Assembly (NCBI GenBank): GCA_036390955.1
Contig: DASWAW010000325.1
Coordinates: 1-52,551 of the forward strand
Direction: 5' to 3'
DNA: 52,551 nucleotides
Source of the DNA: Arthrobacter sp.
GTDB lineage: Bacteria; Actinomycetota; Actinomycetes; Actinomycetales; Micrococcaceae
The translations under genes and the position numbers were made by a program. Every line of letters begins with the position of its first letter. Position 1 is the first letter of the stretch. Positions 28,606 to 38,565 of this stretch are shown here, one piece after another. The notes under the pieces are model-generated. The model was not told the origin of the DNA and did not search any database. It saw only the letters and a program-made list of their open reading frames with translations.

Positions 28606-29346
28606 ATGAGCACACGTATCGAGCCCGACGGACCGGCGATGATGCTGCTGTCCCTGGGGCTGGTGGCGGTACTGGCGATCGCCAGTTTCACCCTCTCGTT
28701 CCTGGGTCTCATCCAAGCGGCCGTGTGGGCCGGGATCCCCGTTGAGCTCCGGTGGCTCGTGCCGGTCGTGGTGGACTCGACGATCCTCGTTTATGCCGTT
28801 GCGGCCAGCGTACAAAGGGCCAGAGGGGAATCGACGACGCTTTCCTGGGTCGCGGTCGGGTTCTTCACGGCGGTGTCGGTGAGCGCCAACGCAGCGCACG
28901 TCCTTGCCCCCGGCGGAGTCATGGCGGCGCTAGACGGGACGGTCATCTTCGGGGCGATCCTGGCGGCCATCATGCCGATCAGCCTGTTCTTCGCAACGGA
29001 GACGACAGTGAAGCTCGCAGTGGCCCCGGTGTATGGCTCGGTTGCGCAGCGGCGCCGGCGGGCAGCGAAGAATCTGGTCCACACGGGAGAAAAGGACCAA
29101 CAAAAGGACCAGTGGTCCTTTTCAAATGGACCACTAAAAGGACCAGCAAAAGGACCACTTGTGGACCACCAAAAGGACCACCTGCGGACCACCCTGAAAA
29201 CCCGTCCGGAAGTCGACCCGAAAACGATCCGGGAACTGGCCGATCAGGACCTGAGCCAACGGGCGATCGCGCAGCGGCTGGGGGTCTCCAAAACGACGGT
29301 GGCACGGGTGCTCTCAGGGGCTGCCGAGGCGGCTCCGGCGCGCTGA
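28606..29346 (+). CDS. DUF2637-like membrane protein with C-terminal HTH
   Basis: SFTLSF..L...WLVPVVVD...SANAAH four-TM pattern; LSQRAIAQRLGVSKTTVARVL HTH. Confidence 0.8.
   Translation: MSTRIEPDGPAMMLLSLGLVAVLAIASFTLSFLGLIQAAVWAGIPVELRWLVPVVVDSTILVYAVAASVQRARGESTTLSWVAVGFFTAVSVSANAAHVLAPGGVMAALDGTVIFGAILAAIMPISLFFATETTVKLAVAPVYGSVAQRRRRAAKNLVHTGEKDQQKDQWSFSNGPLKGPAKGPLVDHQKDHLRTTLKTRPEVDPKTIRELADQDLSQRAIAQRLGVSKTTVARVLSGAAEAAPAR
29076..29190. repeat. Intragenic array of 8 GGACC plus 2 GGTCC, inverted relative to 28421..28547
   Basis: GGACC at 29094, 29106, 29128, 29140, 29152, 29163, 29175, 29186. Confidence 0.9.
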
Positions 29347-29352
29347 CCGGAG

Positions 29353-29976
29353 TCAGTCGAAGCCGTTGTCGTCGTCGAGCGCGATCGGGCCGCGTGGTGC
29401 CGGTGGCGCGGGCGGGGCTTCGTCGGTTTCCTCGTACTCGGGTTCAGAGGACGAATCGGCGGCCAGGAACTCTTCAGCCATTTCTTTCACTGTCTCAACG
29501 GCGTCTTCCATGTCGGCCTTGAGGACTGCCAACTCCGGCACGGCCGCCGGTTCTGCCACCGGCGCTGCCTGAGTCGCTGCTTCGGGTGCCGCTTCGGTGA
29601 CCTCTACGGGCTTCTTGGCGGTGGTGGCCGCAACCACCTTGAACGGCTTCCCGGGGCATCCGGGCTTGACCAGGCACCGAGTCGAGGCCGTATCGGAGCT
29701 GAGGATGTAGTGGCCGCAGGCCGGGCAGATGACCGGGATCACCGAAGGGGCGATGCGGAGCAGGCCCAGCTCGGCCTGGTAGGCCATGATGGTCCCGATC
29801 TGCGCGTCATCGAGTTCCAGGACCTTGAACGCCTTCACGACGACAGGGTCCGTGGCGGACATGGCGGCCGTCAGCTCCGCCCAGGTGTTCTGCTTGGTCC
29901 GTTTGAGCACGGTGATGCCGAGGCTGACCGCTGTGGCCAGTCCCTGGTAGTCCTCTTTGGTGGCGAGTCCGGCCAT
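29353..29976 (-). CDS. Hypothetical zinc-ribbon protein with acidic tail
   Basis: CPACGH...C....C; codon bias; start uncertain. Confidence 0.6.
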   Translation of the reverse strand: MAGLATKEDYQGLATAVSLGITVLKRTKQNTWAELTAAMSATDPVVVKAFKVLELDDAQIGTIMAYQAELGLLRIAPSVIPVICPACGHYILSSDTASTRCLVKPGCPGKPFKVVAATTAKKPVEVTEAAPEAATQAAPVAEPAAVPELAVLKADMEDAVETVKEMAEEFLAADSSSEPEYEETDEAPPAPPAPRGPIALDDDNGFD

Positions 29977-30010
29977 CAGTGCTGGCCCGTGGTGATGCTC
30001 ATAGAAGCCA

Positions 30011-30019
30011 TGTGTGCGG
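30011..30019 (-). promoter_or_regulatory. Class C motif
   Basis: Upstream of 29976. Confidence 0.55.
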
Positions 30020-30067
30020 CATCCGGCCCGCCGCTCATCGGACGGCCCTTCATCAGTACCCGGCCCA

Positions 30068-33000
30068 TCATGCGGCCAGCGCGTAACCGCGGGTGTCGAG
30101 GATTTCCAGGACGATGTGCTCGATGATGTCGCCCAGGGACTTGAAGTTCTTCTCCATCTCGAGGTCTTCCTCGGTGATGGCTTCGTAGGCGTTCGCCTGT
30201 TCATTCAGGACCGAGGTCATGGTGGTGACGTTGTTGTCGGCGCCCGGCATAAGGACGTTCAGGTCCTTGGCCTTGTTCCGCAGGATCGCGCGCATGTGGG
30301 CGTCCAGGGTGTTGGTCGCCAGCAGGGTCGTGACCATGCAGATGTTCTCCTGGCCGATGCGGTTGCAGTTGTGGACGGCCGCCGATCCGACGACGTAAGA
30401 CTCGTCGCCTTCTACGGACAGGTCCCAGAGCCGCTCCTCGCGCCGAGCGTACCTAGAGGTGACCATAGAGACGCGCCTCCAAATCCAGGGACCTTCATGA
30501 GCGTCGTCCGTGTATTCAGTCACGTAGGAATCCCTCGCGGTCATTGCGTTGACTGTTGACGTTGCTTCCTTGAAGTGGCCTTCGATGGTCCTGGTCCCCG
30601 TGCGGTAACCGAGAGCGGCCGCAATGAGGCCTAGTTGCCCGCTCAGCGACTCCGACACGGTGGTCCACGACAGCACAACTTTTTCACCGTTGTCCGACAA
30701 TTTAGCGTGCCCGTCTCCGGCCATGTAGCCGAGGAATACCTGCTCAAGTTGTGGCTTGGACAGGTCAAATACCCATGCGGGGAAGCGCTTGTTCTGGGCA
30801 CGGTGGCCGAACATCTGTAGAAACCACGCTGCAAGGTCTTGGGAAAAGATCCGCATCTCGATGCCGTTGTGATTGTGCTTGTAGATCGTGAACTTGAAGC
30901 CGAACGTTCGCTGAAGGTATTCACCGTGGGCTCGGAGCACATGCTCCTCGTTCCGGTGCCCCGAGATGGAGACGAAAGCGCCCTTTGATTCATCGACGGT
31001 GGAGAATCCTTCCGCCACGTACAAGCCGCAGAACGACAAGAACTCTGGCGTCAGGTCAACCGTCGCCGGCATCGGATTGTATCGACCATTGGGCCTGCGC
31101 TCCGTCAATATGGGCAACGGAGTTTTGGCTCCGAAATCGAGACGGTGCTGACGCTTCAGCGCTGTGTAGTGCTCCTGGCACAGTCCGCGGGCAATAACGT
31201 TCTTTGATCCGCAGACCTTGCAGGAAGACCATGCCTTGAGCTCCGCGTCTGTCCAGCGGCGGCATGAGTCGGGAAAGACGACACTCTGAACGTCAAGGCC
31301 GCTGAGCCGCATTTTCGGCGTGGCCATACTGTCCCCGGGCAACACTGTTGACGCGAAGGCCCACTCCTCGATGCCATTGGCGCGACGGACCCATACCTCG
31401 TGATCGTGAGTTACTGCCAGGGGGTCCCGCTGGCCCATGAAGTTGACCTCGGTGATGACTTTCCGTGCACCTACGTTGTCGCGCGAGCCGCGAGACCAAA
31501 CGTCGGTAACAGGGCGCCAGTTGCCCTCGTGAGTGAGAACCGTGTCCCCGATGGAGATCGCCTCGATGGGAACGGGCCCGCGGTCAGTCTGGACAGGCTG
31601 CCCTTCGACCACGCACCGGTCCTCTGCTTGACTTATGTTCGCCGGCGTCCAGTCCGTTTCGATGAACAAAACGTCGGAGCTGGCCGTCAGGGTGATGCCG
31701 AAGCCGGCGGCGCCGATGGAGCAGAAGATGACACCGATCTCCCCGTTCTGGAGCCGGTCGGCGACGAGCTGGCGCTTGTGCTGGGCCACTCCCCCGTCAA
31801 TGAACCCGGTGTCGGCGATGCCGGCCTTTTCGACGGCTTCGACCAGGGCCTGCATGACGGGCTGGTTGTGGACCCAGACGGTGAGCGGCCGGGTGTAGAC
31901 CTTTTTGCCGTTGCGGATCTCGGTGGTTGCTTCCATCCAGTCGGAGATGATCTCGATGGCGGCCGGTACCTTGGCGACGCCGGCGGCGGAGCGCAGCGGG
32001 GTGATGAGGTCCACACGGGTCCGGGCGAACAGCTTGATCGCCTCGTTGTCGATCCGGGCGCCGAGCTCGCGCTGCTCGTCTATCCACTCCGTGACTTTCT
32101 CGTACAGGGTGTCGTGCGCGGCCTTGAAGCCCTTGGGGTCGATGTCGACATACCTGGTGGTGCGCAGCTTGGGCGGCAGCTGTTTGAGGACGTCGGCTTT
32201 GTTCCGACGCACCCAGCACTGGCGGGTGAGGGTCTGCTCCAGCTCGGGAAGCATCTTGCGGTTGGGCAGGAACGCACCGAAGTGGTTCTGGCTGGTGTAT
32301 CGCTCCATGAAGTTGGACGCACCGCCGAACACCGGATCCAGAAGGCCGCCGATGGCGAGCATGTTCGCGCCCTCGGCCGGGTTCTGCAGGAACGGGGTAC
32401 CTGTCATCGGCACGCACATCCCATTGATGGAGGATGCCAGGTTGCGGTTCGCGGTGGCGCGCTTCCCGGCCCAGGTCCGGGACCGGTGTACCTCATCGAA
32501 GAGGGCAACGTTCGGGTCCCAGGCGATCAGTTCGGCCAGGAGCTCGGGACGGGATCCGAGCAGGGAGTCGGCGACTACGATGACGCCGGCGTTCGGGAAC
32601 GGCGGAACCTTCTTGCCGGCCCGGATCGGGACAATGTAGTCCGGGAAGTCCGGCTTCTTAACAGCCTTCTTCGGCTTGGCTTTGGACTTGCGCGTGGTCG
32701 CGATCGGCACGACGACGTCGGTGACGACGGGCTGGATCCGCTTCAGGCCCGGGCCCAGACCGGCGTAGGTTTCCCGGCACCAGTTCTCCACGACCAGGGG
32801 CGGAACGACTATGACGGTGCGCCGGGCACGGACAATTGCTGCCGCCGCGAGGGCTTGCCGGGTCTTCCCCAGGCCCGGACTGTCGTTGAGGGCGCGGTGT
32901 CCGCCGGCGATGGCGTAGGCGCCGGCCAGCTGGAACGGGTACAGGGCCAGGCCGAACCATTTGGGCAGGTAGCCGGTGTGGGAGGCGACGATGTCGATGA

Positions 33001-33607
33001 GTTCCTGGGCGCGCGGGGACAGCTCGTGCTGGAAGTCCCCGTCGACGCCGGTGGAGCAGGCGAGCTCGCGGGCGGCGGCCCGGACGCTCTCGGGGATGTC
33101 TTCGGCCTGGCGGGACGCGACCGCATCGGCGATCATGGCGTCGTCCATCTGCATGCCCTTTTTGGGCTGGCCGTCGTTGGTGATCATGTCCGAGAGCTGG
33201 ACTTCGAAGCGCTGCAGGTTCTTGTCCCAGACGGCGCCGGGGCCCAGGATGGCGGCGAGCCGTTCGTAGCCTGCCATGCGGGGCCGGACGAAAACCATGT
33301 GCGGGAACTTGGCGGAGCGCTTCAGCATCGGACGCCACAGGGTTTCGAGGGAGTCCAGGCCGGCGAGGTCACCCTCCGCTTCGGAGAAGTCGACGGGAAT
33401 CCTGGCGGCGGCGAAGAACTTGTCCGGGTGGGTGCCGGTGCCGGTGATGTACCAGGTCTTCTCGGACCGGTCGAAGCGGCGGCCGGGCAGGCCCTTGACC
33501 CAGTCCTGCGCGGACTTGCCGTTGGGGAGGGTCGCACCCCAGCCGAATTCAAAGCGCAGTTCAGGGTTGCGGAACGTCCCGGTAAGGACGGCGGTGAGAG
33601 GGGCCAT
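30068..33607 (-). CDS. SNF2-family helicase containing an intein
   Basis: DSPGLGKT, DEVH, MTGTP, QAEDR|CNRIGQ motif VI split by the intein. Confidence 0.9.
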   Translation of the reverse strand: MAPLTAVLTGTFRNPELRFEFGWGATLPNGKSAQDWVKGLPGRRFDRSEKTWYITGTGTHPDKFFAAARIPVDFSEAEGDLAGLDSLETLWRPMLKRSAKFPHMVFVRPRMAGYERLAAILGPGAVWDKNLQRFEVQLSDMITNDGQPKKGMQMDDAMIADAVASRQAEDIPESVRAAARELACSTGVDGDFQHELSPRAQELIDIVASHTGYLPKWFGLALYPFQLAGAYAIAGGHRALNDSPGLGKTRQALAAAAIVRARRTVIVVPPLVVENWCRETYAGLGPGLKRIQPVVTDVVVPIATTRKSKAKPKKAVKKPDFPDYIVPIRAGKKVPPFPNAGVIVVADSLLGSRPELLAELIAWDPNVALFDEVHRSRTWAGKRATANRNLASSINGMCVPMTGTPFLQNPAEGANMLAIGGLLDPVFGGASNFMERYTSQNHFGAFLPNRKMLPELEQTLTRQCWVRRNKADVLKQLPPKLRTTRYVDIDPKGFKAAHDTLYEKVTEWIDEQRELGARIDNEAIKLFARTRVDLITPLRSAAGVAKVPAAIEIISDWMEATTEIRNGKKVYTRPLTVWVHNQPVMQALVEAVEKAGIADTGFIDGGVAQHKRQLVADRLQNGEIGVIFCSIGAAGFGITLTASSDVLFIETDWTPANISQAEDRCVVEGQPVQTDRGPVPIEAISIGDTVLTHEGNWRPVTDVWSRGSRDNVGARKVITEVNFMGQRDPLAVTHDHEVWVRRANGIEEWAFASTVLPGDSMATPKMRLSGLDVQSVVFPDSCRRWTDAELKAWSSCKVCGSKNVIARGLCQEHYTALKRQHRLDFGAKTPLPILTERRPNGRYNPMPATVDLTPEFLSFCGLYVAEGFSTVDESKGAFVSISGHRNEEHVLRAHGEYLQRTFGFKFTIYKHNHNGIEMRIFSQDLAAWFLQMFGHRAQNKRFPAWVFDLSKPQLEQVFLGYMAGDGHAKLSDNGEKVVLSWTTVSESLSGQLGLIAAALGYRTGTRTIEGHFKEATSTVNAMTARDSYVTEYTDDAHEGPWIWRRVSMVTSRYARREERLWDLSVEGDESYVVGSAAVHNCNRIGQENICMVTTLLATNTLDAHMRAILRNKAKDLNVLMPGADNNVTTMTSVLNEQANAYEAITEEDLEMEKNFKSLGDIIEHIVLEILDTRGYALAA
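30368..31615 (-). mobile_element. Intein (416 aa) with LAGLIDADG homing endonuclease
   Basis: Starts CVVEGQPV; THDH block B; GLYVAEG and LGYMAGDG; ends VHN followed by Cys; lower GC. Confidence 0.92.
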
Positions 33608-33614
33608 GGTCTCT

Positions 33615-33637
33615 CTATGCGCCGGAGGCCCCGACGG
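33615..33637 (-). promoter_or_regulatory. Class A motif
   Basis: CGCATA lies 8 nt before ATG 33607. Confidence 0.7.
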
Positions 33638-33697
33638 CCGTCCTGCGGCTGAAGTAGACCTCGCGGGGCCGGTCTAGCGGCCCGGAGGCCAGAGGCC

Positions 33698-33979
33698 TTA
33701 GATCAGCTCTTCGGTGCACACGGTGCCGGTGATTTCTTCGAAGCAGATCATCCGGACGGCCTCGGCAGTGCCAGCCGCGGAAATGGCGACTGCGAGGGCG
33801 TTGCGGACGGCACGTGCCGCGGGGCGTCCGGCGAGTCCGGTCGCGAAGGCCGCGGACTTGGCGTCGGTAGCGGCGACGACTTCCCAGGTCCCTCCCGGGG
33901 TGGATTCCTTGACCAGGATGTGGCCCACGGATGCGGTGTTGAGCAGGTTTCCTGAGGCTGTTTCAATCCATGCAACCAT
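33698..33979 (-). CDS. Hypothetical protein
   Basis: AGGAG RBS; class C motif upstream. Confidence 0.6.
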   Translation of the reverse strand: MVAWIETASGNLLNTASVGHILVKESTPGGTWEVVAATDAKSAAFATGLAGRPAARAVRNALAVAISAAGTAEAVRMICFEEITGTVCTEELI

Positions 33980-34022
33980 GATGTTCTCCTGGGGTAAGTG
34001 AGGCCGTCCGGCCTATCCCTTA

Positions 34023-34031
34023 TGTGTGCGG
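34023..34031 (-). promoter_or_regulatory. Class C motif
   Basis: Upstream of 33979. Confidence 0.55.
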
Positions 34032-34107
34032 AGCACCCTTTTAGTCCACCCGTTTCGCCCTTTATTCCCGGGGCTTTATCGCAATTCTTTTGTATTCGAA
34101 TACGCCT

Positions 34108-34123
34108 TCGAACAATGGTTCTT
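34108..34123. promoter_or_regulatory. Possible LexA (SOS) box
   Basis: TCGAAC-aatg-GTTCtt versus actinobacterial consensus TCGAAC-N4-GTTCGA. Confidence 0.4.
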
Positions 34124-34203
34124 TTCTGTTGCATTCCTCAACGATTACCTGCCCGGCCGGCGGGTAGGGTTCTTCGGGGGCCAACCACTTTGAGGAAAAC
34201 ACC

Positions 34204-34923
34204 ATGACTGAAACAGCGGCGCGCAGCGTCCTCATCACCGGCGGGAACAGGGGCATCGGCCTTGCCATCGCGAAGTCGTTCCTGGCCAACGGGGACAAGG
34301 TCGCGGTCACCTACCGCACCGAGTCTGAGCTGCCGGAGGGCATCATGGGCGTCCAGTCGGACGTCACCGACTCGGCGTCCGTTGACGCGGCGTTCAAGCT
34401 CGTCGAGGCCGCCCACGGCCCCGTCCAGGTGCTCGTCCCGAATGCCGGGATCACGAAGGACACCCTGCTGATGCGGATGTCCGAAGAGGACTTCACCTCG
34501 GTCATCGACACGAACCTGACCGGCGCGTTCCGGGTCATCCAGCGGGCGACCCAAGGCATGATGAAACTGCGCAAGGGCAGGATCGTGCTGATCTCATCCG
34601 TCTCCGGGATCTACGGCGCCCCGGGCCAGGTCAACTACTCGGCGTCGAAGGCCGGCCTGATCGGGATCGCCCGGTCCATCACCCGCGAACTGGGCTCCCG
34701 CGGCATCACCGCGAACGTCATCATGCCCGGCGTGGTGCTCACCGACATGTTCAACGAAGTCTCCGATGAGATGAAGCAGCACTACCTGGACGGGATCCCC
34801 GCCGGCCGGTTCGCCGAGCCCTCAGAGATCGCCGATGTCGTGCGCTGGCTGGCCAGTGATGAGGCCTCGTACATCTCCGGGGCACTCATCCCGGTCGACG
34901 GCGGCGGGTCCATGGGCCACTAG
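34204..34923 (+). CDS. fabG: 3-oxoacyl-ACP reductase (FabG/MabA-like SDR)
   Basis: TGGNRGIG, NAGITKDTLLMRM, YSASK. Confidence 0.9.
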   Translation: MTETAARSVLITGGNRGIGLAIAKSFLANGDKVAVTYRTESELPEGIMGVQSDVTDSASVDAAFKLVEAAHGPVQVLVPNAGITKDTLLMRMSEEDFTSVIDTNLTGAFRVIQRATQGMMKLRKGRIVLISSVSGIYGAPGQVNYSASKAGLIGIARSITRELGSRGITANVIMPGVVLTDMFNEVSDEMKQHYLDGIPAGRFAEPSEIADVVRWLASDEASYISGALIPVDGGGSMGH

Positions 34924-35420
34924 GCTGCGGTGCGGAGCTCCTCCGCGGGGAGGGCTTCGACCAGGATGAGTTCGCGGACCGGCGCCGGGACGCGCACCGC
35001 CCCGGCTGACTCGTCCAGGAACGCTGCCAGCTCGACCAGGGCGGCGTCGACGACCTCGCGGTCGATGGCGTCGTTGTCACGCAGGTACACATCCGCGGCG
35101 AGGGCCGGTGCCCCCTGGAAATCCCAGTCGATTTGCAGGCACCAGACGAATATCTCGTTCGCTTCATCCTGGTTGAGTTTGTCCAGGTCTTCGTCCGTCG
35201 GGGCGCCGTCGGCCAGGCGGCCCAGCTCTCCCCCGAGGTCGGCGCCGGGCCGGACTAGGGCAAGGTGGTTGATGCTCAGGCGCAGCAGCTCCTGCAGGTG
35301 CGGGAGGGAGTTATCGACGAGGTCTCCGGCGCTCTGTGCAGCGGCGGTGAAGGAAGCCAGGGCTTCCGGTGAGGCGTGGTCCGCCAGGATGGCGGCCAGC
35401 AGCTGGGGTGCTTCGGACAT
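34920..35420 (-). CDS. Hypothetical protein
   Basis: GC3-biased 3' half of ORF 34920..35786 from MSEAPQ. Confidence 0.55.
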   Translation of the reverse strand: MSEAPQLLAAILADHASPEALASFTAAAQSAGDLVDNSLPHLQELLRLSINHLALVRPGADLGGELGRLADGAPTDEDLDKLNQDEANEIFVWCLQIDWDFQGAPALAADVYLRDNDAIDREVVDAALVELAAFLDESAGAVRVPAPVRELILVEALPAEELRTAA

Positions 35421-35449
35421 GGTGAGGGCGGGGTGGATCTGCAAGGTAA

Positions 35450-38400
35450 TCAGGCTGCCATTTCGTAGTTTGATGGGCGGACGGCGACGTATTCGCCGTC
35501 GTTTTCGAGTCGGAGGATCCAGCTGAGGATTGCGTCGGATGCTTTTTGGGGGCTGACCGTCAGGCTCTTCGCAATGACACCCTCCAGCACGGCATCGGCG
35601 ACAGACTGCTTGAACGTGAGGATGCTGAGCCGGCGGCGGCACCACGACCACGGTGTTTCGCCGCTGTCGCCCGGCACCATGTGCGAGGCAGCAACGGTGA
35701 CCGGGGTGACTACCCGGACCTTTTCGGAACGCTGCCCGGTGCGGTGCACCCGGCCGATGACCTGCTCGCGCTCGGCGGAGGTCCACGGCAGCACGGCAAA
35801 CACCAGGGTGTCGGTAGCGTGCTGGAGCCCGTCCACGCCTGTGGAGATCGCGGAGGAGCCGATGAGTACGTCGACCCGCTGCGCGTCTGGCACCGGGGCG
35901 CCGTCACTGTGGGTCCCAGTGAACCGGGCCAGGCCGCTCTTGTCGTCGCCGCTGAATTCGCCGACGGTGAGTCCGGCTGCTTCAAGTTCGGCCCGGATCG
36001 GGTCGATGATCCCTTCCACGTAGTGGACGTACACGAAGGATCTCTTGCCGCGGGTCTTGGCCAGGAGGCATTCGTCGACGATCACGGGCAGCTTGGCGCC
36101 CAGCAGGACCTGCTCGACGGAGGACGGGGTGGGCCGGGCACCGAGTTCGCGGATTTCATCGACCAGGTCATCGCAGTCCACCACCGTGCTGACTTCCTCC
36201 AGTTCAGCCTCATAGTCCGGCATGAACCGTGTGCCGGCGAGGACGAACTGCTGGTGCATCTTCAGGCAGTTCTGGGTGTTGGCGAAGGTGTCCAGGTCGG
36301 GGTAATCGTGTCCGGAGATCAGTTCCAGGACCGACCGGGCCTCGTTGAGGTCATTGATCAGCGGGGTTGCTGACATTCCGAGAACGGCAAGGTCGCTGTT
36401 CTGCTCGGTGGCGCGGGACAGGATCGTCTTCAAGTTGGTCCGGCGCTGTGATTCGGTCGGGGCGCTGTGCTGTCCCTGGTGGCCTCGGAGCTTGGCCAGG
36501 TGGATCTCATCGATCGCCACCATGTCCAACCGGATGTCGTCACGGCCAAGCAGCTCATCCACCAGTTCAGCGGAATCCGGCTGCGACAAGGAATCGAAGT
36601 TGATGACCATCCAGCGCGGTCCGGTTCCGGGCTCCCAGACAGGGTTGAGCCCGCCTGTGGAGATGCTGGAATCCGGGTAGCAGTTCAGGATGCTGCTCTT
36701 CCAGCCGTCCAAAGTGTTGTTCGGGCACACGACGAGGACCACCCCGTCGCCGAAGCCGGCGCCGATCAGGCGGGCTCCGAGGATGGCCGAGACGGTCTTT
36801 CCGGCTCCGGTTCCTGACCAGTTTCCGATCCGACGGCGGTTCGCGAGCTGGGTGGCGACGTGGGCCTGCATCAGCAGCGGCTGTTCGATGCCTGTTCCGG
36901 GGCCGAGGGGTTCGAAGTTCCAGCCGGCGGGCGGGACAACGCTGCGAGCAGCGTCGAACTCAGCGCGGAAGGCGGCGCGGACCTGCTCCTCGAAGTGATT
37001 CTCCCGGGCATTCGAGGTCTCGAGGTCCACCGTTTCCGGAGCGCGGTAGGCGCTCTTCCACAGCTGCTCCACACTGGAGGCCACGAGATACATTGCAGCA
37101 TCGCTGTCAGCGGCAGCCAGCAGGGCTCCGGCGTTGCGCAGCACCGGTCCGGCGCTCGGGACCGGGAGACGCTGTCCGTCAGCTACGGGATTTACGTCGG
37201 AAGGCATGAAACAGGTTTGCTCGAACGGCGCATCGGGTCCGGAAGGCCAGGTAGCGGCGGGATCTCCCTGCTTCGGCGTGCCTGTGGTGAACCCGGTAGC
37301 GAGATCGACGGAGTCAGTGATCTCGGCTTCGTCGTCAGTAAGCTCTACGGCGTCATCGTCCAGTCCATCGTCCCCAGCGAGGGCCCGGATTGCGTCGTCC
37401 AACGCCTTCACGCTGTGACCGTTCACGACCTGCATGAACGCACCGTTTTTCGCGATGCCAGCCTGGACACCAATGGTGAGCATCTGCGCTTGTGAAAGAG
37501 AGAGACTGTCCAGGCCATCGCGGAACGACTCCAGGAGGGTGATGAGACGCTTCTTTGTCATTAAGCTGTGGCCCATGGCTGCAGATACTGCTGCGCAACT
37601 GTCGCAACCCAGAACGGTGCTCATAATAACCCTCGGTGACATCTGGAAATCACCATGGATACTGCAGTTCCACCAGATCAGAATGTCTGATCTGGGCTTA
37701 ATGTCGAACGCGGTCAAGTCGCCATTGCGTACCGGATGAAATCGGGAAACCAGATGATGAAACTCATCTCCGAAGGACTGACCTGGCTTAGGCTTGCGCC
37801 TTGCCCTTGCGGCCGAGAGAACTCCGCATGGTGCGCACCCCTTCCCGGCACCTGTCCGAGCTGTGACTTTCTGCTGGAAATCGCCGTGAACATTGCAGAC
37901 CCACCACCGTTTGATGTTCGAGCCTGGTTTCACGTCGAAAGCCGTCAGGTCCCCATTCAGGGTCGGGTGAAACTCAAGGGCCAGGAGCGGGTACAGATCG
38001 CCCAGTGACTGACCGGGCTTTGGCTTCATCCTCGCCGCTGCAGCCTTAAGAACTCCGCAGTCATAGCACCCATTGCCGCGGCTGCGAACGTTAATTTGCT
38101 GTTCGAAGTCTCCGTGCACTTTGCAGACCCACCAAAGTTTGTCCTCCGAACCAGGATTCACGTCAAATATGGTCGTCGCGCCGTTCAGGGTTGGGTGGAA
38201 CTCTGACACCAAGTTTGGACATAGGTCACCCAAGGACTGGCCCGCCTTTGCTCGACGAAGCGTCGAGGCTATGTTGATGTTCCCGCAGGCAGGGCATTTT
38301 TGCCCCTTTTTTCGGTTGCATGGAGCCTGCTGGAATTCGCCGTGGTCTTTGCAGACCCACCATCGTTTGATATTCGCGGAGGGCTTCACATCGAATATAG

Positions 38401-38518
38401 TCATGTCTCCGTTTAGCGTCGGATGAAATTCTGGAATCAGATGCGGGTAAAGATCTCCGAGGGATCCGCCAGGATTAGGTATCTGGCTGGGCATCCTTCC
38501 GCTTTTGCTGTCGGTCAT
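35450..38518 (-). CDS. Four DUF4379-like zinc-ribbon repeats fused to an SF2 (SNF2-like) helicase
   Basis: SLGDLYP.L..EFHP.LNG...WW.C..HG....C..C x4; SGTGAGKT, DEIH, SATP, QVIGRVHR. Confidence 0.8.
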   Translation of the reverse strand: MTDSKSGRMPSQIPNPGGSLGDLYPHLIPEFHPTLNGDMTIFDVKPSANIKRWWVCKDHGEFQQAPCNRKKGQKCPACGNINIASTLRRAKAGQSLGDLCPNLVSEFHPTLNGATTIFDVNPGSEDKLWWVCKVHGDFEQQINVRSRGNGCYDCGVLKAAAARMKPKPGQSLGDLYPLLALEFHPTLNGDLTAFDVKPGSNIKRWWVCNVHGDFQQKVTARTGAGKGCAPCGVLSAARARRKPKPGQSFGDEFHHLVSRFHPVRNGDLTAFDIKPRSDILIWWNCSIHGDFQMSPRVIMSTVLGCDSCAAVSAAMGHSLMTKKRLITLLESFRDGLDSLSLSQAQMLTIGVQAGIAKNGAFMQVVNGHSVKALDDAIRALAGDDGLDDDAVELTDDEAEITDSVDLATGFTTGTPKQGDPAATWPSGPDAPFEQTCFMPSDVNPVADGQRLPVPSAGPVLRNAGALLAAADSDAAMYLVASSVEQLWKSAYRAPETVDLETSNARENHFEEQVRAAFRAEFDAARSVVPPAGWNFEPLGPGTGIEQPLLMQAHVATQLANRRRIGNWSGTGAGKTVSAILGARLIGAGFGDGVVLVVCPNNTLDGWKSSILNCYPDSSISTGGLNPVWEPGTGPRWMVINFDSLSQPDSAELVDELLGRDDIRLDMVAIDEIHLAKLRGHQGQHSAPTESQRRTNLKTILSRATEQNSDLAVLGMSATPLINDLNEARSVLELISGHDYPDLDTFANTQNCLKMHQQFVLAGTRFMPDYEAELEEVSTVVDCDDLVDEIRELGARPTPSSVEQVLLGAKLPVIVDECLLAKTRGKRSFVYVHYVEGIIDPIRAELEAAGLTVGEFSGDDKSGLARFTGTHSDGAPVPDAQRVDVLIGSSAISTGVDGLQHATDTLVFAVLPWTSAEREQVIGRVHRTGQRSEKVRVVTPVTVAASHMVPGDSGETPWSWCRRRLSILTFKQSVADAVLEGVIAKSLTVSPQKASDAILSWILRLENDGEYVAVRPSNYEMAA

Positions 38519-38526
38519 GGCTCCCA

Positions 38527-38535
38527 TGTGTGCGG
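38527..38535 (-). promoter_or_regulatory. Class C motif
   Basis: CGCACA lies 10 nt before ATG 38518. Confidence 0.6.
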
Positions 38536-38565
38536 AGGACCCTCCGCCGGTACCCGCTGCGGTCA

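Noticed and set aside
31400-33652. 750-aa plus-strand ORF
   Set aside because: Antisense shadow of the SNF2 helicase.
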